Part shown: in pieces, positions 32,986 to 37,428 of the stretch
Layout: the number at the start of each line of letters is the position of its first letter
Position numbering within the stretch: position 1 is the stretch's first letter
NCBI GenBank assembly: GCA_027319565.1
Contig: DAHVNA010000018.1
Coordinates: forward strand, 1-37,428
DNA from: Elusimicrobiota bacterium
Lineage (GTDB): Bacteria; Elusimicrobiota; Elusimicrobia; UBA1565; UBA9628
Direction: 5' to 3'
Length of the DNA: 37,428 nucleotides
Translations under genes and position numbers: made by a program
Notes under the pieces: model-generated
What the model saw: only the letters and a program-made list of their open reading frames with translations
Database searches by the model: none
Told to the model about the DNA's origin: nothing

Positions 32986-35206
32986 GAGTTTGCACCGGAA
33001 CCTGCGGGAAATGGCGGCGAAGGTAGTCCTCGATTTGATCGAAGTGAATCTCCCAATGGTTCGAGCCTTCCGGCTTATGAATCAACTCTTTGACCTCAAG
33101 AGCGCTCAAAAGGTTGGTCGCGCGAGCCGAGGAGCCGAAATGCGACTTCAAAAGATCTTGGGAAACCCGTCGGCGCTCTAAAACTAATTTTAAGGCTTGG
33201 GAAAACTCAAGCGGTTCAACCCCCAAGGCGCTCAAATCCGCCTCCGCGGATTTAGTCATCGTATCCAGCATCGGATAATCGGGCTTGGCCTGGGTTTTTA
33301 AATAAGCCACGAGTTTTGAGATTTCAGATTCCGAAACATAAGCGCCTTGACATCTCTCGGGTCTCTGAGCCCCCGCCGCCAAATAAAGCAAATCTCCTTT
33401 TCCCTGCAAGGCATCCGCTCCAGTCGAATCTAAAATCACTTTTGAATCCACCTTGGAAATCACTTGCAGCGCGATACGGCATGGAAGGTTCGCCTTGATG
33501 ACGCCGGTAATGACATCCACCGAAGGCCGCTGGGTCGCTAAAACGATATGAATCCCCACCGCGCGCGCCATCTGGGTCAGTCTTTGGATGGAATCCTCAA
33601 CACTGTCTTTGGTCACCAGCATTAAATCCGCCAGCTCATCGATGATCACGACGACAAAAAACTCTCGCGGCCGCCCCTCTTTTAAAGCGAGCGCGTTATA
33701 GGCGTCGATGTTGCGGACCCCAAAAAGCTGGAATCTTTCGTATCTCTTTTCCATCAGTCTTACTACCGCCTTTAAGACCTTGGCCGCATCCTTGGGGCTG
33801 GTGATAACGCTGACTTTATCCGGGGAAGTGGTGGGATCGAAGAGATGCGGAATTCCCTCGTAAAAAGTGAGTTCCAGGCGCTTGGGATCAATCAAAACGA
33901 ATTTAACCTCATCTGGCCTTGCGGCAAACAAAATGGAAGCGATAATGGAATGAATTAAAATGGATTTACCGCTGTTAGTGGCGCCCGCGACCAATAAATG
34001 CGGCATGGTCTGAAGATCCGCTGTTTTAGGCTCGCCGTCGGCGGAGAGACCCAAGCCAAATAAAAGAGAGCGCTGGGAATTGATAAAAGCCGGGCTTTCC
34101 AGAATTTCTCTTAAATACACCATCGCGGGCTTGGAGTTTGGAATTTCAATCCCAACCACTCCCTTGCCCGGAATAGGGGCCAAGATGCGAATTCCTTTTG
34201 CTTTTAACGCGAGCGCGATATCGTTTTCTAATCCCGCGATAGAACTGACCTTGACCCCCGCGCCCGGAGTCAATTCATAGCGGGTTAAAACCGGCCCGGG
34301 AGAGACCCCGGTCACTCTCGCGTCAACGCCAAAGCTTTTGAGAGTAGCCTCTAAAACGGAGGAAGCCGCCGCGATCGTTTCCGCCGAAGGTTTGCCGCGC
34401 TCGGCCGAGGGTTGAGGAGGAGTCAAAAGCTCCAAAGACGGCAAAACGTAAGAAGAATTGCCATTTCCATCGCCCCCGCCTTTGACTCTGGACAAGACAT
34501 TCCCTTTTTTTTCATTGCCCGGACCGGAACGTGGCGTTGAAATCTCAATTTGAGGGGATTGTTTATCTTGTTTTTCAGCGAGTTTTTCCTCATTGGCAGA
34601 AGCGATCTCAATGACCGGCGGCTCTTTTTTGGCCGCCTCGATCTGGGCCGACAAAACCTTGTGTTCTTTCCGCCAATCGCGGTACTCCGCCGCTAATTTC
34701 TTGAGTAACGACTCCAGAATCTTAAGCCAGGGGATTCTAAAAAGGAAATGAAGAGCGGCCAAGAAAAAGATAAGCGTAAATAAGACGCCGCCAAAACGGC
34801 CAAAAGCCGTCATCAAAGCCGTGCCGATTTTAAAGCCGACAATTCCGCCGGCTCGCTGAGCCCAAAGACTTGAGAAAATTCCCGCAATCAAGGAAAATAA
34901 GGAAGCCAAAAACACCAGACTTAAGAGGGAAAAAAAGGCCCGAATCCACCGGAGAAGAGGATAGTTTTTCTTCGCCAACTCAAGCAGAAAGTAAAGCGAG
35001 AAAACGGGAAAAAGATATCCGGTTTGCCCAAGCAAAAAATCAAGTTTAGATTGAACCCAAACTCCGGCGCGCCCCGAATAGGCGGGAAGATAGGTCAGCC
35101 AGGCAATATAGAGGCAAGCCCCCAGCCCCACAAACCACCAAAAGACCCGCGCGTAGCCGGAATTTTTATTACGGGCGGAGTTTTTCTTCCCGGCGGAAGG
35201 GCTCAC
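32978..35206 (-). CDS. ftsK: DNA translocase FtsK/SpoIIIE
   Basis: N-terminal TMs (GRAG, GGIVG), YVLPSLELL, PGPVLTRYE, PIPGKGVVGIEIPN, MPHLLVAGATNSGKS, LIDPK, IIDELADLM, ATQRPSVDVITG, divergent gamma domain. Confidence 0.96.
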   Translation of the reverse strand: MSPSAGKKNSARNKNSGYARVFWWFVGLGACLYIAWLTYLPAYSGRAGVWVQSKLDFLLGQTGYLFPVFSLYFLLELAKKNYPLLRWIRAFFSLLSLVFLASLFSLIAGIFSSLWAQRAGGIVGFKIGTALMTAFGRFGGVLFTLIFFLAALHFLFRIPWLKILESLLKKLAAEYRDWRKEHKVLSAQIEAAKKEPPVIEIASANEEKLAEKQDKQSPQIEISTPRSGPGNEKKGNVLSRVKGGGDGNGNSSYVLPSLELLTPPQPSAERGKPSAETIAAASSVLEATLKSFGVDARVTGVSPGPVLTRYELTPGAGVKVSSIAGLENDIALALKAKGIRILAPIPGKGVVGIEIPNSKPAMVYLREILESPAFINSQRSLLFGLGLSADGEPKTADLQTMPHLLVAGATNSGKSILIHSIIASILFAARPDEVKFVLIDPKRLELTFYEGIPHLFDPTTSPDKVSVITSPKDAAKVLKAVVRLMEKRYERFQLFGVRNIDAYNALALKEGRPREFFVVVIIDELADLMLVTKDSVEDSIQRLTQMARAVGIHIVLATQRPSVDVITGVIKANLPCRIALQVISKVDSKVILDSTGADALQGKGDLLYLAAGAQRPERCQGAYVSESEISKLVAYLKTQAKPDYPMLDTMTKSAEADLSALGVEPLEFSQALKLVLERRRVSQDLLKSHFGSSARATNLLSALEVKELIHKPEGSNHWEIHFDQIEDYLRRHFPQVPVQTRD

Positions 35207-35718
35207 GTCCGTTCAACAATGAATAGGTCTTGTCCGGCTTTCACCGACTTCCCGTTTTCAACCAGCGTCTTCACGATCGTGCAGGGAAATTCGGCGCGCG
35301 TCTCGTTGAAGACCTTCATCGCCTCGATCATGCAAAGTACCTGACCAGGTTTCACCGCATCGCCTTCTTTGACAAAGGGCGGGCTGGACGGAGTAGGGGC
35401 GCGGTAGAAAATCCCCATCATCGGGGATTTTATTTTAATTCCCGCGGGAAGAGGGGCTTCCATGACGGTTTGAGCGGGGGCCTGAGAAGAAGAAGCGGGC
35501 AAAGCCGCCGCTTGGGCCACGGCCATGGGAACCGGAACGGGCCTAAAAGCCGGATTTTTCCGACGCACCATCCGCAGAGAAAAATCTTTTTCCTCAAGCT
35601 CCAAGGCGTCAAGCCCGTTTTCTTTCATAAAGGAATAGAAAGACTTAAGCTTTTCCAAGGGCTCGAAGTGTTCGGAAGAAGATTTCTCCCCGTTTTTCTC
35701 CACCGGCTTTTTAGTCAT
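35203..35718 (-). CDS. accB: Acetyl-CoA carboxylase biotin carboxyl carrier protein
   Basis: A/P-rich linker, IKSPMMGIFYRAPTP..PFVKEGD, biotinylation motif IEAMKVFNE. Confidence 0.93.
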   Translation of the reverse strand: MTKKPVEKNGEKSSSEHFEPLEKLKSFYSFMKENGLDALELEEKDFSLRMVRRKNPAFRPVPVPMAVAQAAALPASSSQAPAQTVMEAPLPAGIKIKSPMMGIFYRAPTPSSPPFVKEGDAVKPGQVLCMIEAMKVFNETRAEFPCTIVKTLVENGKSVKAGQDLFIVERT

Positions 35719-35726
35719 AGTTTTAA

Positions 35727-37428
35727 TTAATGACGCGCTTTAGTAAATGACCCGTCCGATTTTTTTGAATCATGCCTCCGAGGAGGCTGGGAGCCGCCGG
35801 CGTTTTCCGAACCCGGAGACAGAACGGCTTTCCGAGAAAGGCGGATTTTTCCATCGCCGTCAATTTCCAAAACCTTAACTTCGACCGGATCTCCTTCTTT
35901 AAGAACATCGGTCACCTTGGCCACGCGGTTGACATCGATTTGAGAGATATGCAGGAGTCCCTCTCTACCGGGGAAGATTTCGACAAAAGCGCCGAATTCC
36001 TTAATGGAGACCACATGACCTTTATAGATCTTTCCGACTTCGGCTTCCATTGAAAGAGCTTCGACTTCGGCTTTTGCCTGATCGCAACCCGCCGCGTCCA
36101 AGCCGCTGATAAAGACCGAACCGTCGTCTTCGACGTCCACTTGAACGCCGTAGGCCTCAATCAATCGGCGGATGTTTTTCCCGCCGGGGCCGATTAAAGC
36201 GCCGATCTTATCGATTGGAATTTGAAGACGCATGATGCGGGGCGCGTTCGGAGAGAGTTCTTTTCTCGGAGCGGCGATGGCCGTTTTCATTTTTTCAAGA
36301 ATAAACATCCGGCCGCGTTTAGCCTGCTCAAGGGCTTCTCTCATAATGGCAATCGAGAGACCCTCGATTTTCATGTCCATCTGAAAACCGGTAATTCCTT
36401 TTTCGGTCCCGGCCACTTTAAAGTCCATATCGCCATTGTGGTCTTCAACCCCGGCGATATCCGTTAAAATGGCGTGTTTGGATCCTTCCAAGACCAGCCC
36501 CATCGCGATTCCCGCGCAAGGAGCTTTCATGGGAACTCCGGCGTCGAAAAGAGCCAAGGAACCGCCACAAACCGAAGCCATTGAAGAGGAACCGTTGGAT
36601 TCAAGAATTTCGGAAACCAATCGAATCGTGTAAGGAAAATCCTCTTCGGAGGGCAATAAGACCGCCAAACTTCTGCGCGCCAAGGCTCCATGTCCGATTT
36701 CCCTTCGTCCCGGCCCGCGCTCGGGCTTAACCTCACCGACGGAGAATCCGGGGAAGTTATAATGCAAGAGAAAGCGCTCTTTATATTCTCCTTCCAGTTC
36801 GTCCATGACCTGCATTTCACCCGGGCTGCCCAAGGTGCAAGACACCAAGGCCTGGGTCTGGCCCCGCGTAAACAATACAGAGCCGTGAAGGCGGGGCAAA
36901 ATGGGAAGCTGTATCGAAATCGGGCGGATCTCATCAAACTTGCGTCCATCCGGGCGCAACCCGTCATTGAGAGTCATCGCTCGGCTCTCGTGATATAGAA
37001 TTTCTTCTATTACCGGCCCGACATGCGCTTCTCCAGCGACAAAGGAAGGATCGGTTTTGGCCTTTTCCGCAATCTCTTTTTTGAGTTCGTCTTTGACGGC
37101 GTCGATTTTCTCATCCAAGCCGGCCTTATCCAGACGCGAGCGAAGAGCCTTTTTAATGGGCTCAAGCGCTTTTTGAGAAACCCATTCCACAATGTTTTGA
37201 GGCCGAGAAACTTTCACAATCTCTCGTTTGGCGACCACTCGGCCGGAGGCGGCGGATTTTTCGGCCAATTTCAGCTGCAAATCGCAAAGCCCGTCAATGG
37301 CTTCCGAGGCGATTTTAAGAGCCTCGGCGAAAAGATCCTCCGAAACCTCATGAGCGCTTCCCTCAACCATCAAAAGAGCGCCTTTTTTCCCGGCAACGAC
37401 TAATTCCAGCTCCAATGTTTCGCGTTCA
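35727..37428 (-). CDS. pnp: Polyribonucleotide nucleotidyltransferase (PNPase), 5'-truncated by window edge
   Basis: LVVAG..MVEG, RPDGR, HGSVLFTRGQTQ, RREIGHGALA, ESNGSSSMAS, GDMDFKVAG, KH domain IGPGGKNI, S1 domain EGLLHISQ. The frame stays open to the right edge (..ERETLELEL..). Confidence 0.97.
   Translation of the reverse strand, partial: ERETLELELVVAGKKGALLMVEGSAHEVSEDLFAEALKIASEAIDGLCDLQLKLAEKSAASGRVVAKREIVKVSRPQNIVEWVSQKALEPIKKALRSRLDKAGLDEKIDAVKDELKKEIAEKAKTDPSFVAGEAHVGPVIEEILYHESRAMTLNDGLRPDGRKFDEIRPISIQLPILPRLHGSVLFTRGQTQALVSCTLGSPGEMQVMDELEGEYKERFLLHYNFPGFSVGEVKPERGPGRREIGHGALARRSLAVLLPSEEDFPYTIRLVSEILESNGSSSMASVCGGSLALFDAGVPMKAPCAGIAMGLVLEGSKHAILTDIAGVEDHNGDMDFKVAGTEKGITGFQMDMKIEGLSIAIMREALEQAKRGRMFILEKMKTAIAAPRKELSPNAPRIMRLQIPIDKIGALIGPGGKNIRRLIEAYGVQVDVEDDGSVFISGLDAAGCDQAKAEVEALSMEAEVGKIYKGHVVSIKEFGAFVEIFPGREGLLHISQIDVNRVAKVTDVLKEGDPVEVKVLEIDGDGKIRLSRKAVLSPGSENAGGSQPPRRHDSKKSDGSFTKARH

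Noticed and set aside
1..37428. CRISPR arrays, IS elements, rRNA/tRNA, recoded stop codons
   Set aside because: None seen. Coding density is near complete, and all genes read through with the standard code and normal stops.

Overview
A densely coded, mostly housekeeping chromosomal segment from a diderm (two-membrane) bacterium. Gene order and protein style suggest Elusimicrobiota, which is an inference and not verified. The window has four blocks. (1) A tightly coupled minus-strand run of about 14 kb: rpsF-ssb-rpsR-rplI-dnaB-alr-mlaE-mlaF-mlaD-radA-PIN/TRAM-ispDF-hypothetical-mtaB, then an AddB-like gene that runs off the left edge and is missing from the ORF track. (2) A divergent cydAB (short Q-loop cytochrome bd), a secreted/membrane-anchored hypothetical and a convergent Met gamma-lyase family gene. 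(3) A plus-strand MoxR-DUF58-BatA/vWA/DUF4159-vWA/GATase1-like cluster, followed by a DUF2723 (TMEM260-like) glycosyltransferase and an SDR. (4) A minus-strand run pnp(partial)-accB-ftsK-lolA-rodZ-pgsA-pgpA ending in an uncharacterised POTRA-like/beta-barrel-like exported protein. I saw no rRNA, tRNA, CRISPR array, transposase or phage gene. The most notable signals are: an MlaD with a C-terminal beta-barrel-like extension; the single-POTRA outer-membrane candidate; an FtsK with a rewritten gamma recognition helix and an atypical Walker A; recurrent -10 boxes only 6-12 nt before start codons (leaderless-type expression, including rpsF and dnaB); a reversed GC skew over cydAB; and the MoxR/vWA cluster abutting a putative protein O-glycosyltransferase. 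All family calls come from motif recognition by eye, with no database search.
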